Below are positions 17,261 to 25,900 of a stretch of DNA of 38,708 nt, piece after piece. Location: the IMG/VR virus record IMGVR_UViG_3300032257_000051, positions 1-38,708 of that record. The stretch is one strand, 5' to 3'. Source of the stretch: an uncultured virus (IMG/VR IMGVR_UViG_3300032257_000051). Within the stretch, counting starts at the first letter, position 1; each line of letters opens with the position of its first letter. The notes under the pieces were generated by a model. The model saw only the letters and a program-made list of their open reading frames with translations. It was not told the DNA's origin and searched no databases. Made by a program: the position numbers and the translations under genes.

Positions 17261-17487
17261 GTCGTCTCCCTCACCGCGCTGGCCGCGATGTTTGACGCAT
17301 CGTACAGCTCATTCAGGGTGAGACGTATCTTCCGATTGCCAGCAACCCGCAGAAGAGCAGACCAGTAGGCCAGGGGGATCATCTCTCGACGAGCCCAGCC
17401 GGCAGCGGTGTTATTGCTGACGCCGATGGATCGAGCAGCTTCCGCCACAGATCCGTACCGTTGAAGGATTTCTTTGCAAGTAGTCAT
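17257..17487 (-). CDS. Cro-like HTH transcriptional regulator
   Basis: ILQRYGSVAEAARSIGVSNNTAAGWARREMIP..YW..L. First gene of the leftward operon. Confidence 0.85.
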   Translation of the reverse strand: MTTCKEILQRYGSVAEAARSIGVSNNTAAGWARREMIPLAYWSALLRVAGNRKIRLTLNELYDASNIAASAVRETT

Positions 17488-17495
17488 GGGGACGG

Positions 17496-17524
17496 CTTAT
17501 ACCTCACACGTACACCCTGTGCAA
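17496..17524 (-). promoter_or_regulatory. Leftward promoter of the cro/replication operon with operator at 17509-17523
   Basis: Minus strand TTGCAC-N17-TATAAG, 8 nt before the ATG, with no SD. Confidence 0.75.
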
Positions 17525-17532
17525 GTTTCTTG

Positions 17533-17561
17533 TTGACCATCGTACACAATGCACGTAGAAT
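17533..17561 (+). promoter_or_regulatory. Rightward promoter of the recombination operon with operator at 17541-17555
   Basis: TTGACC-N17-TAGAAT, near-consensus sigma70. Confidence 0.85.
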
Positions 17562-17596
17562 GAGGCTTCATTCAACGGACAAAGATGGAACAATAG

Positions 17597-17884
17597 ATGA
17601 CTTTCAAACATGACCCCACCACGCTTCTGAACGCCAGTGTGCATCTGCGGATCAGATCGATCGAGCTCGTCGGCGACGCGATCCACTGTGTCGCGATGGC
17701 GATGGTCCACGGCGACGAGAAGAAGGACTTCTCGTACAAGTGGGAAATCAATCAGGCGAAGGAAAAGATCGCCGCGCTGCGGAAGAGCATCGACCAGGCC
17801 GAGGAGTATATCGACCAGGCCGTCTTCGTGGAAGAGGCTGAGGCCGAAGCCAATGGCACCGCTGATGCTGGAGGTGACGCATGA
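17597..17884 (+). CDS. Hypothetical coiled-coil protein
   Basis: 95 aa, first gene behind the rightward promoter. ATGA overlap with the YqaJ gene. Confidence 0.75.
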   Translation: MTFKHDPTTLLNASVHLRIRSIELVGDAIHCVAMAMVHGDEKKDFSYKWEINQAKEKIAALRKSIDQAEEYIDQAVFVEEAEAEANGTADAGGDA

Positions 17885-18714
17885 GCCGCCTCCCCCTGAT
17901 CGCCGACCTCTCGTCCCTGGGCCTGTCCCAGGCAGCCCTGGAGGGCCGCGCTAAAACCATCGGCGGTTCGGATGCAAACATCCTTGCCGCTGGCAATCCT
18001 GAGCGCATCTATCAGATGTGGGCCGAGAAGGCCGGCAAGGTCGAGCGCGAGGATCTCTCCCAGGTTCTGCCCGTTCAGATGGGCAACTGGACCGAGCCCT
18101 TCAATGCCGCCTGGTATCAGCAGGAGACCGGCAACCTGATCTCGGAGCGCGACAGTGCGATCTCCGACATGGAGCACTCCTGGCGCACTGCCACCCTGGA
18201 TGGGTTCGTAACCCTGGACCAGGGCCGCGCCATCTGGGAGGCCAAGCACACGAACGCCTTCGCCTCAATGGAAGAGGCCATCGACAAGTACTTCCCTCAG
18301 CTCCAGCACAACATGGACGTGGCCGGCGTCAACTTCGCCGTCCTGTCTGTCCTGTTTGGGAACCTGAAGTATGGGTTCGCGGTGATCGAGCGCGACGAGG
18401 ACTATGCGGCCCAGCTGTTCGAGCTGGAGAAGAGCTTCTACCAGAACATGGTGACCGGCGAGGCTCCGGTTGTTCTCAACACCATCGAGAAGCCGGTGGA
18501 TCCAGACGACATGCGTGTCGTTGACATGGAAGGCAACAATGAGTGGGCCAGCCTCTCGGCTGACTACTTCGAGCACAAGGAAGGGGCGGCCACTTTCGAC
18601 AAGGCAAAGGCGTCCCTGAAGAAACTGGTCGAGAAGGACGTCAAGATGGCGTCCGGGTACGGCCTCATCATCAAGCGGTCGGCGAACGGTTCGCTCCGCT
18701 TCAGCGAGGAATAG
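17881..18714 (+). CDS. YqaJ-like (lambda exonuclease family) recombination nuclease
   Basis: R..TIGGSDA..L.......W.EK.G, G...EP, ATLDG, WEAKHT and Y.PQLQH.M.V motifs. Confidence 0.92.
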   Translation: MSRLPLIADLSSLGLSQAALEGRAKTIGGSDANILAAGNPERIYQMWAEKAGKVEREDLSQVLPVQMGNWTEPFNAAWYQQETGNLISERDSAISDMEHSWRTATLDGFVTLDQGRAIWEAKHTNAFASMEEAIDKYFPQLQHNMDVAGVNFAVLSVLFGNLKYGFAVIERDEDYAAQLFELEKSFYQNMVTGEAPVVLNTIEKPVDPDDMRVVDMEGNNEWASLSADYFEHKEGAATFDKAKASLKKLVEKDVKMASGYGLIIKRSANGSLRFSEE

Positions 18715-18717
18715 AAA

Positions 18718-19488
18718 ATGTCAGAAGTCCCCAACACCAAAAGGATCTATGGCGCTCTGGCGGCTGCCCAGGGAAAGCTGAAGAACCCCGAGAAGACCAA
18801 GGAAGCGGTCGTCAAGGGTAAGTCGAAATCGACCGGACGGGCATACGAGATGCGGTACAAGTACGCCGACATCGCCGATGTCCTGAACGCTGTGCGCCCT
18901 ATCCTGGCGAAGGAAGACCTGGCCGTCGCTCAGCACACGCGGGTGAGTGACAACCAGTACCTGTTCGTGGACACGATCCTCTACCATGGGGACGGTGGAT
19001 CCATCAAATCCGAGTTCCCTGTCTGCCCGGTCGTTGCCGATCAGCAGAAGATGGGTGGCTCGCTCACCTATGCCCGCCGCTATGCGCTGTGCGCTCTGCT
19101 GGGCATCGCAGCCGAGGAAGACATCGACCGCGCCGACCAGGTTGCCGAGGATTTCGAGAGCGGCAAGCGCCAGGCCCCTCCCCTGGGAGAGCAGAAGCAA
19201 GAGGAGCGGCCAGCGGGCAAGGTTCCTGATTTCCCAGCGCCAGACGCGCCGGCTGAAGTGAAGCCGGTAACCGGAAGCGACGAGGACATCCGTGCCTGGG
19301 CGACCCCGTTCGCCAACACCATCAAAAAGGCACCCTCCGCAACCATCATGGCGGACTGGTTTGATAGCAACAAGGACCACATCGAGCACCTGGCTATTGT
19401 GGCACCGAAGCTCAGCCAGCGCCTGACAGACATCAGCAAGGCCCGCGTTGAAGCGCTGGCCAAGGAAACCGAAGAGGCAAGCGAGTAA
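18718..19488 (+). CDS. erf: ERF-family single-strand annealing protein
   Basis: [19 protein letters not shown]...VRP.L, and [25 protein letters not shown] motifs. Confidence 0.92.
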   Translation: MSEVPNTKRIYGALAAAQGKLKNPEKTKEAVVKGKSKSTGRAYEMRYKYADIADVLNAVRPILAKEDLAVAQHTRVSDNQYLFVDTILYHGDGGSIKSEFPVCPVVADQQKMGGSLTYARRYALCALLGIAAEEDIDRADQVAEDFESGKRQAPPLGEQKQEERPAGKVPDFPAPDAPAEVKPVTGSDEDIRAWATPFANTIKKAPSATIMADWFDSNKDHIEHLAIVAPKLSQRLTDISKARVEALAKETEEASE

Positions 19489-19937
19489 TGGCAGGATCAG
19501 TGAACAAGGTCATCCTGGTGGGCAATCTCGGAGCAGATCCCGAGATCCGCCGGATGAATAGCGGCGACCCAGTGGTCAATCTACGGATCGCCACCAGTGA
19601 GAGCTGGCGGGACAAGAACTCCGGCGAGCGCAAAGAGAAGACCGAGTGGCACAGCGTCGTCATCTTCAATGAGAACCTGGCCAAGGTCGCGGAGAACTAT
19701 CTGAAGAAAGGCGCGAAGGTCTACCTGGACGGCCAGCTTCAGACCCGCAAATGGCAGGACCGCGACGGCAATGATCGCTACTCCACCGAGATCGTGCTGC
19801 AGCGGTTCCGGGGAGATCTCCAGATGCTCGACAAGCCGGACGGTCGAGAGGGCGGAGACGACCGCTATGATCGGGGCAACCAGAAGCGCGATGCAGAGTT
19901 CCGCAACGACGACATGGATGACGAGATCCCATTCTAG
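19488..19937 (+). CDS. ssb: Single-stranded DNA-binding protein
   Basis: [19 protein letters not shown]...[19 protein letters not shown]...DDEIPF, of alphaproteobacterial type. Confidence 0.98.
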   Translation: MAGSVNKVILVGNLGADPEIRRMNSGDPVVNLRIATSESWRDKNSGERKEKTEWHSVVIFNENLAKVAENYLKKGAKVYLDGQLQTRKWQDRDGNDRYSTEIVLQRFRGDLQMLDKPDGREGGDDRYDRGNQKRDAEFRNDDMDDEIPF

Positions 19938-19939
19938 CC

Positions 19940-19978
19940 ATCGGGACTACGGGGCGCGCCAGGACGGTGCGTCCCGAT
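19940..19978 (+). other. Intergenic stem-loop after ssb
   Basis: An 11-bp stem CGGGGCGCGCC/GGTGCGTCCCG (two G-U pairs), or the alternative pairing ATCGGGAC/GTCCCGAT. Confidence 0.5.
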
Positions 19979-20009
19979 ACGATGCAACAAACGGACATGG
20001 AGAGACAAC

Positions 20010-20321
20010 ATGGTGAGTGAGGACGCAAATCAGTACCCGCTCTTCCCAGCGGCGCACAAGAAAGCCCCGCGAACATCTCACGATGCAGCGAAGAAAGCGG
20101 CACCCAGGAACAGGAGCGCCCAGGCGCGCCTGGCCAAGATCCTGAAGGTGGCAGCCATGACACCCGAGGAGGCCGCCCAGGTTCTCAACCTGGATCTGTT
20201 CACCATCCGGCCTGCCTTCAGCATGCTGCGGAAGCAAGGCAAGATCGAGGACAGTGGCCGGCGCGGCGAAAGCCGGACGGGTCGCAAGGCGGTAGCCTGG
20301 AGGTGGGTCGATGGCGCGTGA
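20010..20321 (+). CDS. Putative winged-helix DNA-binding protein
   Basis: TSHDAA...MTPEEAAQVL.....TIRP.FS.L...GKIEDSG.R....GR.A..W. GGAG RBS. Confidence 0.75.
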   Translation: MVSEDANQYPLFPAAHKKAPRTSHDAAKKAAPRNRSAQARLAKILKVAAMTPEEAAQVLNLDLFTIRPAFSMLRKQGKIEDSGRRGESRTGRKAVAWRWVDGA

Positions 20322-20766
20322 AATCATTATGCGGATCGCGCCAGCCAAGTGGGCAGGTCAGCGTTTCCTCGTGCCGGTCGATGCTAAGGGCGAACAAACC
20401 CTGGCCGACATCAAGAGCGACCAGATCCTGGGATGCACCATCCGCCAGAAGCGGAACCTGGCCCACCACAACAAGTACTGGGCACTGATGGCGGCGTGCT
20501 GGGATCACCAGGCTCTCTACCCCACGACCGAGGCGCTGAGCGACGGCATCAAGATGGCCTGCGGGCACACCGAGGAAACATTGAACCCGGTGACCATGGA
20601 GATCTCCCTGAAGCCGGCGTCTATTGCCTTCGACAAGATGGACCAGGACGCCTTCGAGGAGTTCTATGAACGTGCCGTGGGCATCATCATCGAGCGTATC
20701 CTGCCCGGTGTGAACAGCCAGGATCTGGACAACCAGATCGACGATATAATGAAGGGAAGATCATGA
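20311..20766 (+). CDS. DUF1367 (NinB-like) protein
   Basis: RN..HH.KYWAL...K...GH....P.SIAFDKMDQ..FEEFY. Confidence 0.85.
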   Translation: MAREIIMRIAPAKWAGQRFLVPVDAKGEQTLADIKSDQILGCTIRQKRNLAHHNKYWALMAACWDHQALYPTTEALSDGIKMACGHTEETLNPVTMEISLKPASIAFDKMDQDAFEEFYERAVGIIIERILPGVNSQDLDNQIDDIMKGRS

Positions 20767-21029
20767 CGACAGAAACAGAAGCAGATTGCGCTCGCCGAGA
20801 TCCGAAGATCTGGGATGGCTTCACCGGCACCCAGGAAGCCGCCCCCTCCCTTTGGCGTCCTATCGAGGAAGCGCCAAAGGATGGAACAAGGATTTACATC
20901 CTGGGCGGGACGGCGTTGTGGTGCAAAGACAGGGCAGGCTGGTTTAGCGACAGCGCCCAAGCCATGGTTCAGTGGGAGATCTCCCACTTCATTCCTCTCT
21001 CCACTCTTGGAACACCGGGAGAAGGATAA
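20763..21029 (+). CDS. Hypothetical protein (DUF551-like)
   Basis: WRPIEEAPKDGTRI...SHFIPL motif. ATGA overlap. Confidence 0.7.
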   Translation: MTTETEADCARRDPKIWDGFTGTQEAAPSLWRPIEEAPKDGTRIYILGGTALWCKDRAGWFSDSAQAMVQWEISHFIPLSTLGTPGEG

Positions 21030-21045
21030 CGGCTGGCGAAGCTGG

Positions 21046-21291
21046 CTAAGGACAACCGCCCAGGGTAGCGACCAGATCGTCACGCGCTTGGTCGATCACC
21101 TCATCCCCGGTGTCACCCTTGCTGCATAGAGCGGCGAGGGTGGCGCGGCCTTCCACCCGGTGGTGAACCTCTTCAATGTGGTTGTCCAGGTGGAAGATCG
21201 CGGTCGTTACTGCCGATGAAAGCGTGAGGAACCCCGCCGCGATGGCCGCGATGGTCTTCCACCCGAAGCTAACGGTTACCTGCTGGGCCAT
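21046..21291 (-). CDS. Small membrane-anchored lysis-cassette protein (possible spanin component)
   Basis: Start trimmed to ATG 21291 (GGAG upstream). N-terminal TM segment IAAIAAGFLTLSSAVTTAIF and two Cys. Confidence 0.6.
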   Translation of the reverse strand: MAQQVTVSFGWKTIAAIAAGFLTLSSAVTTAIFHLDNHIEEVHHRVEGRATLAALCSKGDTGDEVIDQARDDLVATLGGCP

Positions 21292-21727
21292 TATCATCTC
21301 CCGCAGGCGGGACTTGGTTCTGGCTGACGCCGATGCGGACAGACGAGCCGGTGTTCTCCAGCGTCCGACCCACGACATAGCCGCCAATGCCGACGGAGAG
21401 CAGCGTCCACATGCCATCAGGCATCTCAAGGACGGCGACACTCTCAACGCCCAGCGCCATGAGCCACGGCACCAGGATGTAGTTGTTGGCGAGGATGGCA
21501 CCGAAGATCAGCATGATGATCGGTCGCCAGTTGCGGGCGATCCAGCTCTTCGACTGGGCCTCTGCCACGACAACGTCCCGGCTGGCATTCACCAGCGAGC
21601 TCTCCTGCTCAAGCAGAGCCTGGCGCAGCTTGTGTTCAAACTCGATGCGCTTGTCCGGGTCTTCGATAAACTCTGAGATCAGGTCCGAGGCCGGCCCAAT
21701 GATCTGGCCTATCAATCGTCCAATCAT
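21269..21727 (-). CDS. Holin (3TM, GTA-holin type)
   Basis: I.DPDK.......AEAQS.SW...WRP...TM...LL..GIGGY..GRT.E pattern. GGAGG RBS. Confidence 0.88.
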   Translation of the reverse strand: MIGRLIGQIIGPASDLISEFIEDPDKRIEFEHKLRQALLEQESSLVNASRDVVVAEAQSKSWIARNWRPIIMLIFGAILANNYILVPWLMALGVESVAVLEMPDGMWTLLSVGIGGYVVGRTLENTGSSVRIGVSQNQVPPAGDDNGPAGNR

Positions 21728-21728
21728 G

Positions 21729-21989
21729 CTATCCTCCCATGGCCCGTAAGGCCGTCTCTAAAAATGCAATCGCAACAGCTGCCGCAATCGCACCGATCAG
21801 TCCCGATTGCCACCGCAAAAGAACTATCTGCTTTTCCAGCTCGACGATCCGGTCCTGCAGCTTTTCGCACTTCTCGTCAGTCTCTTCCTTCATCGACTTG
21901 GTGATCGAGAAGAGCGTCCTGATGTTGTCGATCAGAAGACGCTTGTACTCCTTGAAGTCGCCAGTCTCTATATCTTCGCCACCCATCAT
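21729..21989 (-). CDS. Coiled-coil protein with C-terminal transmembrane helix (holin accessory-like)
   Basis: Charged coiled coil followed by GLIGAIAAAVAIAFL. GGAGG RBS. Confidence 0.72.
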   Translation of the reverse strand: MMGGEDIETGDFKEYKRLLIDNIRTLFSITKSMKEETDEKCEKLQDRIVELEKQIVLLRWQSGLIGAIAAAVAIAFLETALRAMGG

Positions 21990-21993
21990 GGCC

Positions 21994-22467
21994 CTAGCCT
22001 CCGGGTAGGTTTCTCATGATGACTGAGCCCAGGCCCAGCCCTGCGATCTTTGCAACTCTCCCATCTTGATGACGCTCAACAGGCCACTTGGCAACGAATA
22101 GAAGCTGGTGCTTCTTTACCTGGGGGAGTGGAACCCGCTCCACGCCGACCTGCATTTTTCCTGTCCGTATTACTTTGAGATCGAGGTCCGAGAACTCGTC
22201 TGCCGTCTCTGTATCCCACGCCTCGCTATCGAGCCTGCCGGCATAAAGGATCGGCGCGATGTCGTACATCGTCTCGTAGGCCCGGTTCGTCAAAAGCATC
22301 TGGCCGTCATCGCCCTTCACCCAGGCAGGCATAGGCGCGTCCATGAAGAAGGCCTCGAACGCGCCGGGGTGGTTTATGAAGGCTACCTCGATGCTGTCCA
22401 GGCGATTGCTCTGCGCGATCAGCGCCTGGAGGCCTGTTTCTGCTGTCTCTATGCAGGCCATCTTCAC
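21994..22467 (-). CDS. Stand-alone PAS-domain protein
   Basis: FF.DAPMPAWVKGDDGQMLLTNRAYE.MY......AGR.D...W..ETA.EF...D..VI.TG......E........L...KWPV....G.V..IAG, a PAS_4-type pattern. Start GTG 22467 or ATG 22461. Confidence 0.85.
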   Translation of the reverse strand: MKMACIETAETGLQALIAQSNRLDSIEVAFINHPGAFEAFFMDAPMPAWVKGDDGQMLLTNRAYETMYDIAPILYAGRLDSEAWDTETADEFSDLDLKVIRTGKMQVGVERVPLPQVKKHQLLFVAKWPVERHQDGRVAKIAGLGLGSVIMRNLPGG

Positions 22468-22949
22468 CTCACCAGCTCAAAGTGGGGGAGGTCGTCGAAG
22501 CGCTGATCTGCTCGATCCCCGTCGCTGTCCCAGTCCGCGCCTGGGCGAACCTCGATCCCCAGCTCTTTGGCAATGCGAAGGATCAGGGCGTACAGAACGC
22601 CGAAGCCGAACTCATCATCCCAGTTGATCTTGCCCTCATACGGGGCGACATCGATAGCGTCCGACACGCCATCATCGTGGTCATCGCTGACCGGCTCTCC
22701 GGTATGAATGTGGACTGCCTGGTGCTTGGATCTGCGCTCGACCCCATCACGATGCGTGACAATCCGTCCAGGGCCTGATCGTCCCTGGGCGTAGAGCTCC
22801 TGCTGGCGAGGGGTTGATCGCTTGCCTTCGATCACTGCGAAGTCAATCGGAGAGATCTGCTCCACCCTTCGGATGATGCGGATCCAATCCGGGTGACATG
22901 TGCCCAGGCGCTGAAGCGACCTGGATCCTAGCTTTGCTTTCTGCGTCAT
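22464..22949 (-). CDS. Endolysin, M15-family (L-Ala-D-Glu) peptidase
   Basis: S..RL...HPD, DF.VIEG.RS..RQ..LYAQGR..PG.IVT, SKH...AID, and W.....D.PHFEL motifs. Confidence 0.92.
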   Translation of the reverse strand: MTQKAKLGSRSLQRLGTCHPDWIRIIRRVEQISPIDFAVIEGKRSTPRQQELYAQGRSGPGRIVTHRDGVERRSKHQAVHIHTGEPVSDDHDDGVSDAIDVAPYEGKINWDDEFGFGVLYALILRIAKELGIEVRPGADWDSDGDRADQRFDDLPHFELVR

Positions 22950-25900
22950 CGTTCTCGCATCCTCATCTCAGCCTGTCGCATCTGTATCAATCCGCGAACT
23001 CGCTCCGTATCTTGAGCGATTTCCCGAACCTGTCCACGGCTGTTTTGCCAGCGGGTCGCTGCCATGTCTGCATCGATTAGATCATAGCCCACTGCCTGGC
23101 CGGTGCGTTGTTGATAGAGACGCGCCACATCTGGGGACACCTCCTCAAGGGTTTCCCAGAGCACGTCATAGTCTGCCTGGGGCCGACCGATGCGCCCATG
23201 GAAGCCGGTCTGGCGCAGGGCGTTGTCCGCTTCCCAGACATTCATGGCGCGCAAAAGATCGATGGCCATGCCGCGCTCTTCGCCCGGCAGCTCGATCACC
23301 TGGTTGGACCCAGGGGCCCGCAAGCTGTTGTCGCTGAGCATGCGGCGGATCTGGCTGTTGATCTGCATCATCTCCTGGCCCCGGCGCATCGGGTGAGCAT
23401 CGCGAGCACCAGGTGCCAGGGCATTAAACCTCAGACTGCCAGCACCATGCGTGTTCACGAGCACCCATTCCTGGGAGACTGGATCCAGGTCTCTGAAATA
23501 AGCCAGGGCACGCTCTGTCTCCCCAGCGTCAACCAGGGCCCGATAGGCGGCCTGCGCTTTGGAGAGGTTCCCGCCTCTGCGGTTAGCTTCTCTCCAGAAG
23601 TCGGTGACGGACTGAGACCCGGTTGATGGGTTGTCAATGAAGCGGCGGATGATCAGCTGCTGGTCAGTTCCCATAGCCGGGGCGTTCGGATCCATCCCCC
23701 GCTCCAGGATCCTGTAGTCAGCTGCATAGGTGCCGCCCAGGGAGAAGAGCATGTGATCGATCAGCATCGGGCTCCAGCCCATGCTCTCACCCACCCAGCG
23801 CGAGAACGAGCTGGTCCGCTCAGAGTATTGGAGCGGCGCAGGGAGGCCAGACATATGATCAGGGACGATGGGCCTGCCGTTGTCGAACTGCTCATTGGTC
23901 ATGAGCTCACCAGCCACCTGGAGGATCGGGATCTCTCCTGGCGGCAGCATGGTGTGCTGCAGATCCAGGAAGGCCTGGCCGCGCTGGGTTGGATCGTCCC
24001 AGTAAGAGGCCAGGAGATAACGCTCCAGGATGTTGGCCGGCACAGCCAGCTCGAACGGCTTTGGCATGCGGATCCAGTTGCCGTTCTCATCCTTCCACAG
24101 GTGCCAGTGCGTGGCGCGCATGCGGTCATCGATCTCGGCATAGTCCGGGTCATCCTGGTGAGCCGCTGTCAGCATGGCAGAGAAGGCAGCCATGGCAGCC
24201 ATCCAGGGCCACATGGTCAGGGCCGCGCGCAGATCCTGCTTTTCAGCTTCCGACAGGTTGGGCTTCCGCCCCGAAAAAATCGGCCGCATAAGACGTGGCA
24301 GCTCGCGCAGAGTGCGACCACCCAGGGCGGTGCGAACCGCTTTCTCCGTACCCTGGAGAGCCGGATTAAAGAACGGGATCAGCCGGCCAAAGATGTAGGC
24401 CGTCATGGATCCGCCCTTCCGGCGGTAGTCGATCACATCTCGGGCCTGGTAAGCCGAGTGCAGAGCAGCGTCCCAGTCGGACATGCCCAGCTTCTTCGCC
24501 ATCTTGCGGTAGGCCTTGTAGTTGCCCAGGCGGGTCGAGCTCTCCGTGACGTCGAACGCCGCAGAAACACCGCGCCAGGATCCAACCTCACGAGCCTGCC
24601 GACCAGAGCGTAGATCCTGGACGTTGGCACTGCGCTGGTTCCGCTCGGCAATGGACGCATTGATGCCGCCCATATGGCCGCCAGCGACCATGTACTCCTG
24701 GACCAGCTCAGGGTTGCCGAAAAGGTTTGCCGCCCCCTCAGCGCCCGTCACAAACGGAGTGAAGCCATTAGGAGACAGGGTCGCGGTGGCGAACTGGTCG
24801 CGCACCCAGTTGACCAGGGGGAAGGCCGGGTGGCCTGTGATCGACTGGGTCAGGATCCGCGTCGGCAATGACACGAGATCCACCAGCCAGTGATGTCGGT
24901 CCTTGCCCAGGCCGACCAGGGCGTCCCAGAGCATCTGGCCGCGCTTGTCATTATTCAGGCGCAGCATCTTGCGCTGGCCATCGCGCCACAGATAGACGAT
25001 CTGCTCGCCGAGCTCAGGAGCATTCTCCAGGCCGTAGATCATCGTCATGGTCTGGCCATCCAAGGCCTCTTCCATTGCGCCGACAACCAGGGCAGCATCT
25101 TGCTCATCGACCCCAGCGCGCTCAGCAGCCAGACGGAAGATCTTCTTGGCGTCCACACCCTGGACAACGGTCTGCTGGGCAGGCACCTCGGTCAGGATCT
25201 CAGCAGATCCAGCACCAGTGGCAACGGCCATGTCATACAGAGCGCCGATGGTCTCGTTGCGCCAGATCGCCTGGTTGGTCTGGTAGGCGTCGCGGATCAT
25301 GCTCTCGATGGGATTGATGATCGAGCGATCAGATCCCTGGAAGCGGCGGATCCGGTTGTCGTTGTTGTTGGCAGAGCTCGTGGAGTTCACAGATCCGCGA
25401 CCGCGACGGGTATCGCGCAGCAGCGGAACGTAGAACGACCGGGTCTCAGTGAAGCGGGTGTACTGCTCCTGGGTGATGAAGCCGGCGTCCAGCTTCTTCT
25501 TGAGAAGGTTGCGGCCCCACTCATTCACCATATCGGCAGCTTCGCGCCACTTCGGGTTCGCAGCCTCATGGTCGCGAACAGCCTGCAGGTGCTCGGCCAG
25601 GGAATAGCGATCCGGGTTCCGGCGCAGTAGGCCCTCATCTTTCCGGCGGTACTCCTCGATGATCCGACGGCTGGCCAGGTAAGCGCCGAACTGATCGACC
25701 CTCTCCTCTTTCCACTCGGTCATGACGTTGTCACCCAGGGCCAGCTGGAGAGCTTTCCCCAGGGCGGGGCCCTCGGCCTTCAGCTTCTTGAAGCCCACCA
25801 CGCCATTCATGATATCTACGGACCCACCCTGGTATCCATCCGCAGCCAGGCGAGCCAGGCGCGAGAAGTCATTCGATGGGCTGAAGTCGTAGTTGGTTCC

